From the NCBI GenBank assembly GCA_965248435.1, contig OZ252100.1, positions 5,312,001 through 5,376,000 on the forward strand: a stretch of DNA of 64,000 nt. Reading direction: 5' to 3'. Positions 32,229 to 41,676 of this stretch are shown piece by piece; within the stretch, counting starts at the first letter, position 1; each line of letters starts with the position of its first letter. The notes under the pieces were generated by a model. It saw only the letters and a list, made by a program, of their open reading frames with translations, was not told the DNA's origin and ran no database searches. A program made the translations under genes and the position numbers. Source of the DNA: Candidatus Latescibacterota bacterium (GTDB taxonomy: Bacteria > Latescibacterota > UBA2968 > GCA-2709665).

Positions 32229-32993
32229 GTGTCGTATCGGCCTATCACACTCGACAAGAAGCCCGACCTCGAAGACCAGATCCACCGCCTAAGCATCGCT
32301 TCGTGGCCCGAATTCCTTCGCCACACCAATATTCTCTACTGGCATCTCCTTTTCGAGCAATTTGCTGAGTTTCAGCTGGTCCTGTGCGACGCCTCGCAGG
32401 ATGTGATTGCGGTCGGCCACACGTTGCCCCTCGTATGGGATGAGTCGCTCGCGGATTTGCCCCCTGACCTCCACACGATTTTCGTCCGCGCGAAAGAGGT
32501 GGTGGAACGCCAACAGACCGCAACAGCGCTCTCGGCCTTGGCAGTGATGGTAGCACCCGCTCACCGACGAAAAGGGCACAGCAGAACGATGGTGCAGGCA
32601 ATGGCAGACATGGCGGCCGAACGCGGATTGAGCGCGCTCATCGCCCCTGTGCGACCTACCTTGAAGGCCTCCTATCAGCTTACACCCTTCGAGACATATC
32701 TAGGCTGGACTCGGGAAGATGGGTCGCCGTTTGATCCCTGGGTTCGGGTCCACTGGCGTCTGGGAGCTGAAAGGCTGAAGGTGATTCCCAAGGGAGTAGT
32801 GGTTACTGGCACAATAGCCGAGTGGGAGGCGTGGACCGGGTTGCAGTTTCCAGAAAGTGGTTCTTACATTGTGTCAGGGGCGTTGCAGCCAGTAGAAATA
32901 GATCGTGAACGGGATCGGGGATGCTATGCCGATCCTAATGTTTGGATGCGGCATCCTGTAGGCGAGGATCGTCAAATTCGTGTAGGTGATTGA
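32229..32993 (+). CDS. GNAT-family N-acetyltransferase
   Basis: VAPAHRRKGHS acetyl-CoA motif; APVRP and DPWVRVHWRLG. Confidence 0.8.
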   Translation: MSYRPITLDKKPDLEDQIHRLSIASWPEFLRHTNILYWHLLFEQFAEFQLVLCDASQDVIAVGHTLPLVWDESLADLPPDLHTIFVRAKEVVERQQTATALSALAVMVAPAHRRKGHSRTMVQAMADMAAERGLSALIAPVRPTLKASYQLTPFETYLGWTREDGSPFDPWVRVHWRLGAERLKVIPKGVVVTGTIAEWEAWTGLQFPESGSYIVSGALQPVEIDRERDRGCYADPNVWMRHPVGEDRQIRVGD

Positions 32994-33987
32994 TGCGTGT
33001 GCTTCTGCTTGGTGGAACCGGGCTCAGTGGACCCTTTGTCGCGCGAGAATTACAGAACAGTGGCCATGAGGTAGTGGTCTATCATCGTGGGGAGCACGAG
33101 AGCCCGTATATGCCAGATTGTGAGCATATTCACGGTGACAGGAGAAATCGTGAAGCGTTCAGAGAAGAGCTGAAGAAGATCAAGGCAGATGCTGTCATTG
33201 ATATGCATAGGTATGATTGATGCCGACTCTGAGCCAGTGATTGAGGCTTTCAGAGGTCGAATCAAGGCATCTGTGCACATCAGTTCCGGTGATGTCTATG
33301 CAGAATTCGGGGAAACACAGATTTCAGAAGATGCTCCCCTTAGACAACCCCCATCTTACGAGGAGGAGCCTCGGGACTACGACAAGGTTTTGATGGAGAG
33401 GGCAGTGCTAGGGGCTTGTCAAGAAGGGGACTTTCCCGCAACGGTAATCCGGTATCCAGTAATTTACGGTCCAGGCAGATTAGGTGGGTATCGCGAATGG
33501 CCTCTGATTAAGCGGGTCCTCGATGGGAGAGACGCCTTACCCCTCCCAGGGAAGGCGTTTCGAATACCAGCTGCTCGAGGGTACCACAAGAATCTAGCAG
33601 CAGGTGTCGTATCAGCTCTGGAGTCGGATGTGGCTGTGGGTAAGGCCTACTAATCTCGCCGATGTGGAGTGTCAAACGCTTCCCGAGATAGCCGAGGGGA
33701 TAGCGAAGATCTTGGGTCACGAATGGGAGATCATCGAAATACCAGACGACGTTTGGGAGGGAAATATCTATAGCGGGCCGCTCGGTCAATACGATCTTTC
33801 TCGTGCTACAAGGGATCTGGGCCTCCGTGACGTTGTGGCCGTAGAAGAAGCACTCAAGGAAACCGTCCTCTGGCAGCTTGAGAACCCGCCGGAACCGAAC
33901 GAGACCTGGAAAATCACAGTAGATGAGGAGGCGTACCAGATAGAGGAAGGACTGTTTGCCAAGGTACCGCGGGCTGCCAAGAAGTGA
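32993..33987 (+). pseudogene. NAD-dependent epimerase/dehydratase, frameshifted
   Basis: LLGGTGLSG, ISSGDVY, YDK; split over three ORFs. Confidence 0.8.
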
Positions 33988-34017
33988 ATACGCTCCTATA
34001 AGACGGAGGTATTGAAA

Positions 34018-34458
34018 ATGCCTTTCGAACCCAGGATTAGCATCATTACGCTCGGTGTAAGTGATATGGCAACGTCGATCAGGTTCTATAGGGACGGGCT
34101 TGGCTTTCCGACATCTGCTAAAGACGACGCAGGATGGGCGCTCTTTGAAACCAGCGGTACTCGCTTTTCGCTTTATCCCTACGATCACCTGGCCAAGGAT
34201 ATTTCGCCAGCTACGGAGGGACTTAGGAGCGGATTCGGCGGAATCACTCTGGCTCACAACACAAGAATGCGTGAAGACGTAGATGAAGTCCTCAGCATCG
34301 CTGAGGGCGCCGGAGGGAAGATACTCAAGCCTCCGCGGGAATCATCCTGGGGCGGTTACAGCGGGTATTTTGCAGATCCCGACGGATACCCGTGGGAGGT
34401 GGCCTGGGGTCCAATGTTCGAAATCAGAGATGATGGCACACTCGTATTGAACCAATAG
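34018..34458 (+). CDS. VOC/glyoxalase family protein
   Basis: ITLGVSD..FY, WGGYSGYFADPDGYPWEVAW. Confidence 0.9.
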   Translation: MPFEPRISIITLGVSDMATSIRFYRDGLGFPTSAKDDAGWALFETSGTRFSLYPYDHLAKDISPATEGLRSGFGGITLAHNTRMREDVDEVLSIAEGAGGKILKPPRESSWGGYSGYFADPDGYPWEVAWGPMFEIRDDGTLVLNQ

Positions 34459-34508
34459 TTCCGTGGGTCGGGCAGCAAAGTATGAATGGGATGAATCATT
34501 GACCAGCC

Positions 34509-35438
34509 ATGATGAAACCGACACTTACGTTCGCAGGAGATGAGGGGGACTCTTGGGTCTATAGATTTGGCGAACTCATTCTCAAGACGGACAAACTGGA
34601 TCGACCTGACCGCAACAGAGTCATCGCTTTGGGAGCGGCTTGTGGAATCCAGATGGAACACATGGTCCGTCACCCGGAACTGGTCCACGGCAAGAAAATC
34701 TTGGAGCCATTTTCGGGATCAGGCCCACTGGGGATTGTTGCTCTGTCGCTGGGCGCTGAGAAGGTCACCTTCGTAGACATCAATTCCAGGGCAATGGACC
34801 TTCTTTTGAGGAATGTTAAGAGAAACAACCTCCCCTCAGACAGAATTACCACGGCTATCACAGATTTCAGCAGCTTTCAGACTTCTGGTAGGTTTGATGC
34901 GATCTTCGCCAACCCACCTTTCGTCGCCACCCCTGAAGGTGTTGTTGGAGCCCTGCACTCCGAGGCTGGGGTGGATGGAAACGGTCCTGCTGAGCAACTA
35001 CTGAACAAGCTTCCAGCGTTGCTTGAGAAAGACGGTCAGGCATTCTTGTATCTGATTCAAATCGAGAGCGAGGGCATCCCGACAATCCTGACAACTGTCG
35101 AGTCGTGCTTGCCCCGGAGGCCTGTCGAGCTAACCAAAGGATTTCGAGAGTCAAAGGCATTCGAAGAGCTTGTCAGTACATACGAAGAGTCATTGTCACA
35201 CAAAACCGAGCAAATTGAAGCATGGGCGAGCAAGCTGAGAGACCGTTTCGGGCGCAATTTAACGATAAACCATTATATGATCCACATAGATGCTGAATCT
35301 CAGAGTAGCGGCTCCACAATCAGAGATTACGATGGCGCCAAATACGGGGAAGGTTATTTTCGACGATTCAACCTGAAAGCCACTGCACTTGAGAACTTCG
35401 TGCAATCAGATAAAGGCTCGGTTGAAGAGTTTGAATAG
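34509..35438 (+). CDS. SAM-dependent methyltransferase (NPPF type)
   Basis: EPFSGSG, VDIN, FANPPF. Confidence 0.85.
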   Translation: MMKPTLTFAGDEGDSWVYRFGELILKTDKLDRPDRNRVIALGAACGIQMEHMVRHPELVHGKKILEPFSGSGPLGIVALSLGAEKVTFVDINSRAMDLLLRNVKRNNLPSDRITTAITDFSSFQTSGRFDAIFANPPFVATPEGVVGALHSEAGVDGNGPAEQLLNKLPALLEKDGQAFLYLIQIESEGIPTILTTVESCLPRRPVELTKGFRESKAFEELVSTYEESLSHKTEQIEAWASKLRDRFGRNLTINHYMIHIDAESQSSGSTIRDYDGAKYGEGYFRRFNLKATALENFVQSDKGSVEEFE

Positions 35439-35460
35439 GATGAGTTAAGGAAGCACTTAA

Positions 35461-36062
35461 ATGACAGATGATAAAATGGTGCTAGTTGGCGCGGCCTTTC
35501 CAAGGACAGGAACAATGTCTGTAAAGCAGTAGGCCGCTGCTACCACATGCACGAGGTGTTCCTCAACCCTGAGCATATTGAAATCTGGGATGCTACCTGC
35601 GATGGAAAAATGCCGGATTGGAGGGCACTTCTCTCCGGGTATGCGGCCACACTCGACGCGCCAGCCTGTTTGTACTGGAGGGAACTTGCTAATTGCTTTC
35701 CTAGCGCCAAGGCGCTCCTGATCAGACGCGATCCAGAGAGTTGGTATGAAAGCATGCTTTCCACGACATACCAAGTTGTGATGGGACCAAAGGGAGAGAC
35801 TGAGCGGGCATTGGCAATGGTGAAGCGCGTTCTTTTCAAAGGCTATTTCAAGGGTCGATTCGAGGATAAGGAATACGCGATATCAAAGTACCGCCAATAC
35901 TGCAAAGAGGTTAGGGAAAGCATCAGTGAGGAACGACTGCTCGACTACGAGGTTTCACAAGGATGGGACCCTCTATGCGAGTTACTAGATTACGGCGTTC
36001 CAGATGAGCCATTCCCAATGAAGAACACGAGAGAGAGGTTTCAGGCAAGAAATCGATTGTGA
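35461..36062 (+). pseudogene. Sulfotransferase-family protein, broken near N-terminus
   Basis: GAAFPRTGTMSVK then stop; CYHMHEV, RDPESWYES, GWDPLC..PFP..N. Confidence 0.75.
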
Positions 36063-36137
36063 GGGCAAAACGACATGTAACCAAATCCGCCCAGTCCGCA
36101 TCCTATATTGTGAAGGCCTTCAACAAGCGGAGAGCTG

Positions 36138-36242
36138 ATGAACGACAAGGTTTTTGTGACTAGGTCGCTTGAGGGCGATACAGATGCCTTCGGCACCCTA
36201 GTGAAGCGCCACTATAGCACTGTGCGCGGGCTGGCAGCGGGG
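36138..36242 (+). pseudogene. 5' part of the ECF sigma-FliG_C gene
   Basis: MNDKVFVTRSLEGDTDAFGTLVKRHYSTVRGLAAG joins in frame to GYLNDIG at 12460 via shared GGG. Confidence 0.85.
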
Positions 36243-36570
36243 CGGAACGTGTCAATAAGAATGAGACACCTCGCGTGAAAGTTTAGTGTAGGGTGGGCTT
36301 GCACTCGGCGAGCACTCGATGATGTTGCTTGGTTGGTTGATCCAGACTTCCGTCGGGATCTTTGGGGCCTGGGGCGGATGGTTGACGAAGCGTTCAGGAT
36401 GTCGCAGGTAGGCATCGTCCAGAACCTGTTGCCTGGCCGTTTGAAGATCCCCGGCGCGGTTGTAGTGCACAGCTTCGGGCGTGAACAGGCCGAGTCCGCT
36501 GTGTCGGTGCTGGGTGTTGTACCAGGGGAAGAAGACTCGGAAGTATGACCGCGCCTCTTCCGGTTTGGAA
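36243..36570 (-). mobile_element. IS3-family element B, right-end fragment
   Basis: Matches 3' OrfB of 20346-21819 and supplies the missing end CGGAACGTGTCAATAAGAATGAGACAC. Confidence 0.85.
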
Positions 36571-36636
36571 CGGCTCGGCGCACGAGGCTCCTTCGCCAAA
36601 CCCCTACGGGGTTCGGGAGTGCTGGAAACGTTATAG
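36571..36636 (+). repeat. attC-like half site
   Basis: GGTTCGGGAGTGCTGGAAACGTTATAGG closely resembles the 23966 site. Confidence 0.7.
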
Positions 36637-36849
36637 GCCATGCCACGCAGTCACGTCGCTCAAGACAGCAGCAAGGGTGGCAGAATAACAAAACTTGGAA
36701 ACGCAAGCCTGAAGCAGGGCGAACGTAGCTCATTCGTGCGCGATTCAAGGGGGTTTCGAGTGTGCAAGTCCGAAACGCCGGCGCCTCCACATCGGTCTCA
36801 TCAGTGTAGGCGAAGCCGTCTGTGGTGGCGTGACTTTGGCGGATCCACG

Positions 36850-37129
36850 GTGTGCGTTTACTAAGGTTCGGAATCGCCACGAAATATGGGCGCCACCGCC
36901 TTTCCCACAGATGGGAAGCACGATTGCCGCGTCGATTGTCGCTTTTGGCGAGGCGTGGCCTTCCCCGAGGCGCTCTCTGCGATTTTGGGTGAGCATGCCG
37001 TCGGCCTGTCACCCGCCAACGTGGTTCGTCTCAAACAGATTTGGGAACAGGAATATCAGGCGTGGCGTCATCGGGATCTTTCGGATAAACACAACGTGTA
37101 TGTGTGGGCTGATGGCATCTATTTCCAGG
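36850..37129 (+). pseudogene. IS256-family transposase internal remnant
   Basis: GLSPANVVRLKQIW...YVWADGIYF. Confidence 0.75.
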
Positions 37130-38379
37130 TGATGTGGCCTTGAAAAAGTGGACGGTGAACTAAGCCGCTTTTTGGTGTTCGAAGGCGGCTGGAGATACGT
37201 AATCCAAAGACGCGTGCAGCCGCTGGTTGTTGTAGAAGACCTCGATGTATTCGAAGAGTTCTGGCTCGGCGTGCTCGAGGTCGTCCAGGTCGATGTGGTA
37301 AGCCCACTCGGTCTTGAGGGACCGGAAAAGGGACTCGGACACTGCGTTGTCCCAGCAGTTCCCCTTTCGGCTCATGCTCTGGACGAACCCATATTCGGCG
37401 ATCTTTTCCCGGAACCCCTCGCAGCAGTATTGGATGCCGCGGTCGGAGTGGATCATCAGCCCCTTTGGCGGACGCCGGGCACGGATAGCACGCGAGAGCG
37501 CCTTGAGGACCATCTCGTGCCGCAGGCTGGTGCTCACGCACCACCCGACGATGCGCCGCGAGAACAGGTCGATGAAGACCGCCAGATACAACCAGCCAGC
37601 CTTGCTCGGCAGATACGTAATGTCGCTGGCCCACACCCTGTTCGGCGCGTCGATGTCAAAATTGCGATCCAGCAGGTTCGGCGCCGCAGCCAGATGGTGA
37701 TTCGAGTCCGTTGTGGCCCTGAACTTCCGTGCGACCTTCGACCGCAGGCCCTGCCGGCGCATTGATTGGGCAACTCGCGTGCGGCTGCACGGATGGCCCT
37801 GGCCGGTCAAATACCGGGCGATCTTCGTGCTGCCGTAGCGAGCTTTGTGCGCCTCGAACGCCGCTCTGACTCGGGCGTCCAGAAGCCGCCGGGCCCTCTT
37901 TCTGGCGCTCTCGGGCCGCAGCAGCCAGGCATAGAAACCGCTCTTGGATACCTCCAGGACCTTCGCCATCCTCTCCACCGAAAATTCCCAGCGGTGGTCC
38001 CTCATGAACCGGAACCGGCTTTCGGTGTCTTTGAAAAGATGGCGACTGCTTTTTTTAGGATGTCCCGTTCCTCACGAGCGATCTCCAGCTCGCGACGCAG
38101 ACGGCGGTTCTCCTCCTCCAGGGGCTTCTGGTGCCCCGTACCCGGGAAGGACTCTTCAGGGTCGGCTTCAAGTTCCTTGCGCCACGCGCGGATCGCTCCC
38201 TGGTACAGCCCCAGGTCTCGCTCTACCTGCCGATCCGTCACGTCGCCGGCATCCGCGATCCGGACTGCTTCACGCTTGAAATCGGAATCAAATGTCCGTT
38301 TCGGTTTCCCTTTCATAGACACACCTCCTGACGGAAGATACTTTGGTTCTCGGTGTGTCCACAATTTCAAAACGCCTCA
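37130..38379 (-). mobile_element. IS3-family element A, copy 3
   Basis: OrfB 37160-38005, OrfA 38002-38316; same IRs. Confidence 0.95.
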
Positions 38380-38425
38380 ATCCACTTGGTCTTTGAGTTC
38401 AAACAAAGCAACCCCTTATTTGCGC

Positions 38426-38481
38426 CCTTCGAACACCAAAAAGCGGCTTAGTTCACCGTCCACTTTTTCAAGGCCACATCA
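38426..38481 (+). mobile_element. Isolated right end of IS3 element A
   Basis: CCTTCGAACACC...AAGGCCACATCA identical to element end. Confidence 0.85.
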
Positions 38482-38769
38482 TCGTGCCTTTGCTACTTAC
38501 ACTGCACGGACACACCCAGGCAAACTCACCTGGTTCTGAATTCAACACTTTAAACAACATTTTTTCACCCCCAATTGCAGAAAAGATGCAGACATCCTCC
38601 ATTGCCACTTCACCCTTAAAAGTGCTGCGGGTGTATGGCGGATTTGACGCTTGAAATTTCCCACTTAAAGAAGATAAGGGGCTTCAGAATTCAACTACGC
38701 TTTGGCTGGTATTGGTGCAGGGGAAATTGTGGGGGAGGTTTAAAAGCTGTGGAAAACTAAGAGAGAGAT

Positions 38770-38907
38770 ATGACAAAACGTCTTGAGAAAAAAGTGGATA
38801 TGCTTCTTGGAATAGCGAAGGATTTGGATCAGAAAGTGGACTATCTGATTGAGAGCAGGAAGGAATACTATCGCTTTGATGATTACCAGAGGCTGGAAGA
38901 TGGGTAG
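38770..38907 (+). CDS. Small hypothetical protein (45 aa)
   Basis: MTKRLEKKVDMLLG...; purine-rich RBS; overlaps next small ORF 38900-39028. Confidence 0.4.
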   Translation: MTKRLEKKVDMLLGIAKDLDQKVDYLIESRKEYYRFDDYQRLEDG

Positions 38908-39353
38908 GAAGAAGAGCAGTCAGATGAAGAATGTCTACGAGGATCTGATGAAGAAAGTAGCAGAGTTAACGAAGGAAGCTATAGAAGAGATGAGAAGGAT
39001 TGCCAGAGATGGTGAACCGAAAGTTTGATACGCATCTGCTCTATAGCTGGATGTGGCAATGCCACATTCAGCCTTAGAAGTAATGCGTAGTCTCGCGCCT
39101 ATAGATCTATTTTAATGTCTCGGTCGAGATCCGGAGAGGCAACAGAGGGACCAAAGAATCTGATTCAAGTCCCGGTCGATGACCTGAGTTCAGGTTTCTA
39201 TTACCGAGTGTCTCTATAGAATGGGGTTTACGAACTGGTTCAGGTTATCTACATTTAAGTTAGGATTTGCGCATTTCGTCCTATTGCGGAGATTTGGGAC
39301 GAATGAGCGCTTCGCGGTGGCCGACTCCGGATTCTCAAAAGCATTGGAGATGT

Positions 39354-40466
39354 ATGATTCGGCTGACTCAAATAACCTCCGAGCAGTTGGAGTGGTATCA
39401 AAGAATCACCGGCGGTTTTTATGGAATGGATTTCACCTTTGGAGGACCACCGGGTTTATTCGGATTCTACGGCGAGTTTGATATTTCCAGCGAAGGGCAG
39501 GTTGACTTGGCAAACCTCCTGGTTGCCGATTCCTGTGAACACGGGAAGGACGAGATGATTGCCGAGATTAGTGCCCTGCGACGGACTATCATGGGTAGCC
39601 GGTGGTCTGTCACACTGCGCCAGGAAAACCGACTCGAAGCTGCCTGGGAGGAGTTCAAGATGGAGTTTTTCTCGGGCCCAACGCGTGATGGAACGGTCGC
39701 AACCCACCTATTGCTCTCGCACGACAATCCTGCTGTTTTTAGAGAGCCTTATTTCAATGATAACTTTGAACTGCGTTCTGACCGTGCCCGTCAGAAGTCT
39801 GTCCAGCGAAAGCCAGGGGACTACTATCCTGTAAGTCCAGAGCGAGCCCCTGAGCAGGTTGAGGAAGTTGATGTGACGGAACTTGCACATCGCATTCGGG
39901 ATAAGTCACTGGTGGCGTTCACGGGCGCCGGGTTATCCGCCACGGCAGGTATCCCCACGTTCGAAGGGAAAGGTGGGCTGCAGGAACAATTCCCTATCGA
40001 CAATTACCGTTTTCCTGGTGCTGTTGCCGATTGGATGATACACCGACCTCGTGAGACGGCTTTAATGCTTGGAAAATTCTATACCCGTTTCATGACAGCT
40101 TGTCCCACCCAGGCTCACGCAGCTTTCGCACGATTGGAGAAACACGGGATACTGAAACACATCATTACGGGCAACTTTGACATGCTGCACGAGCGGGCCG
40201 GTAGCCAAAGAGTGCATATCAATGAACCCAAGTACTTTAAGGGCTCAAATGAGGGGTGGGCTTGGATTCAGGAAGGTCAGGTAGTTTTGGTTACAGGCGT
40301 GTCGATGGATGCAAATAATGGTCTGCTGGACTATGCCCGTTACAACGGCCTCCAAATCGCCGTCATAGATCCAGAACGGCCGGACTTCATGCATGCACAA
40401 GACTGGTTTGTCGAGGGTCTCGCTGACGATATCTTGCCGGAACTGACAAGGCTACTCACAACCTGA
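39354..40466 (+). CDS. Sir2/CobB-like domain protein with unknown N-terminal domain
   Basis: FTGAGLSATAGIPTF, IITGNFDMLHERAGS; no Zn-finger cysteines. Confidence 0.85.
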   Translation: MIRLTQITSEQLEWYQRITGGFYGMDFTFGGPPGLFGFYGEFDISSEGQVDLANLLVADSCEHGKDEMIAEISALRRTIMGSRWSVTLRQENRLEAAWEEFKMEFFSGPTRDGTVATHLLLSHDNPAVFREPYFNDNFELRSDRARQKSVQRKPGDYYPVSPERAPEQVEEVDVTELAHRIRDKSLVAFTGAGLSATAGIPTFEGKGGLQEQFPIDNYRFPGAVADWMIHRPRETALMLGKFYTRFMTACPTQAHAAFARLEKHGILKHIITGNFDMLHERAGSQRVHINEPKYFKGSNEGWAWIQEGQVVLVTGVSMDANNGLLDYARYNGLQIAVIDPERPDFMHAQDWFVEGLADDILPELTRLLTT

Positions 40467-40560
40467 TCATTCACTTCAGGGAATGCAAGTACGGGAGCAT
40501 GATTCCAAGATCTGACCAGTATGAAACTCTGAGATATAGATGGAGATCATGTCCCACGTC

Positions 40561-40650
40561 CTCTAACAACCGATCCCCGCTGCGGCACATTCGTGCCTTA
40601 GCCCTTCGGGCACCCCACTGCGTGAGTTCGTGGATCAAAGAACGTTATGC
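40561..40650 (+). repeat. attC-like site
   Basis: CTCTAAC..GATCC...GGATCAAAGAACGTTATGC. Confidence 0.8.
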
Positions 40651-40662
40651 TGGATTCAATGA

Positions 40663-41646
40663 CTAAGTGCAACACTTGGACTTGAAGACTTCAGCTGGTG
40701 TTTTGAAGTTAAGACATTTTCTTGGTCGGTTGTTGATCCGGTTCTGAATTTTCTTTAACTCGTGTTTGCTGACCTTTGAGAAGTCTGTCTTCTTGGGGAG
40801 GTATCTGCGGACCAGACCGATAGCGTTTTCCACAGCGCCTCGCTCCCAGCTGTGAAACGGTTTGCAGAAATAGGATTTGGTGCCAAGCACCTCGTTGACC
40901 CGTTGATGTTGGCCGTTTTCGGATCCGTTGTCATATGTGATGCTCTTCCTCATGTGGGGAGGATGTCGCCCAAGGCGTCGATTAATCGCTTCGGCGACCT
41001 CCGAGGGTCCGTTCTTTGCCAGCTTAGCCAGGTGTAGGTATCTCGACGATCGCTCAAGACAAGCGCCAAGGGCCTGTTTGCTCTCTCGAGAGATGATGGT
41101 GTCGGATTCCCAGTGGCCAGGTTGTTTCCGTTTTTCGATGTAACGGGGACGTCGATCGATCGAAATACGGTCTGGAATGTGGCTTTCCCGGTGTTTTCGG
41201 GTATGCCACCGCGGCTTTCGTTTTTTGTGAGCTCGGGATAAGCAAGCAACCAGATCCCGCTGCTTGCGCACCTTTGGATCGTAGATATACTGGTAGATGG
41301 CTTCGTGGCTGATACCCGCGCTCGGACGCTCCTCGGGAAGCCTCCCAGCGATCAACTCGGGAGACCATCCTTGCTTGAGTTTGGTCTCGACATATCGCCG
41401 GATAACCGGATTCTTCAGCCGTTTCCGCTTGCCGGCCTCCCGCTTACGTTTCTCAGCCCTTCTGTGAGCCTGGAGGCCCGAGTAACTCTCAGCTATCGGG
41501 GACGGATTACGTTTCAACTCTCTTGAAATCGTGCTGGCGCTCCGGTCAAGGGCCTTGGCAATATCTCTAAGGCTTGCACCAGCGGCTCGACAAAGCGCAA
41601 TCAGCTCGCGTTCGTCTATCGTAAGATGCTTGTAATTGTTTCCCAT
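40663..41646 (-). mobile_element. IS30-family transposase / element
   Basis: YKHLTIDER, STISRELKRN, SHEAIYQYIY, GHWESD, YDNGSE, RPRKCL; end sequence GGATTCAATGACTAAGTGCAACA at ~40651. Confidence 0.9.
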
Positions 41647-41676
41647 ACACTTAGGATATGACAGTTGCCACCCTAA

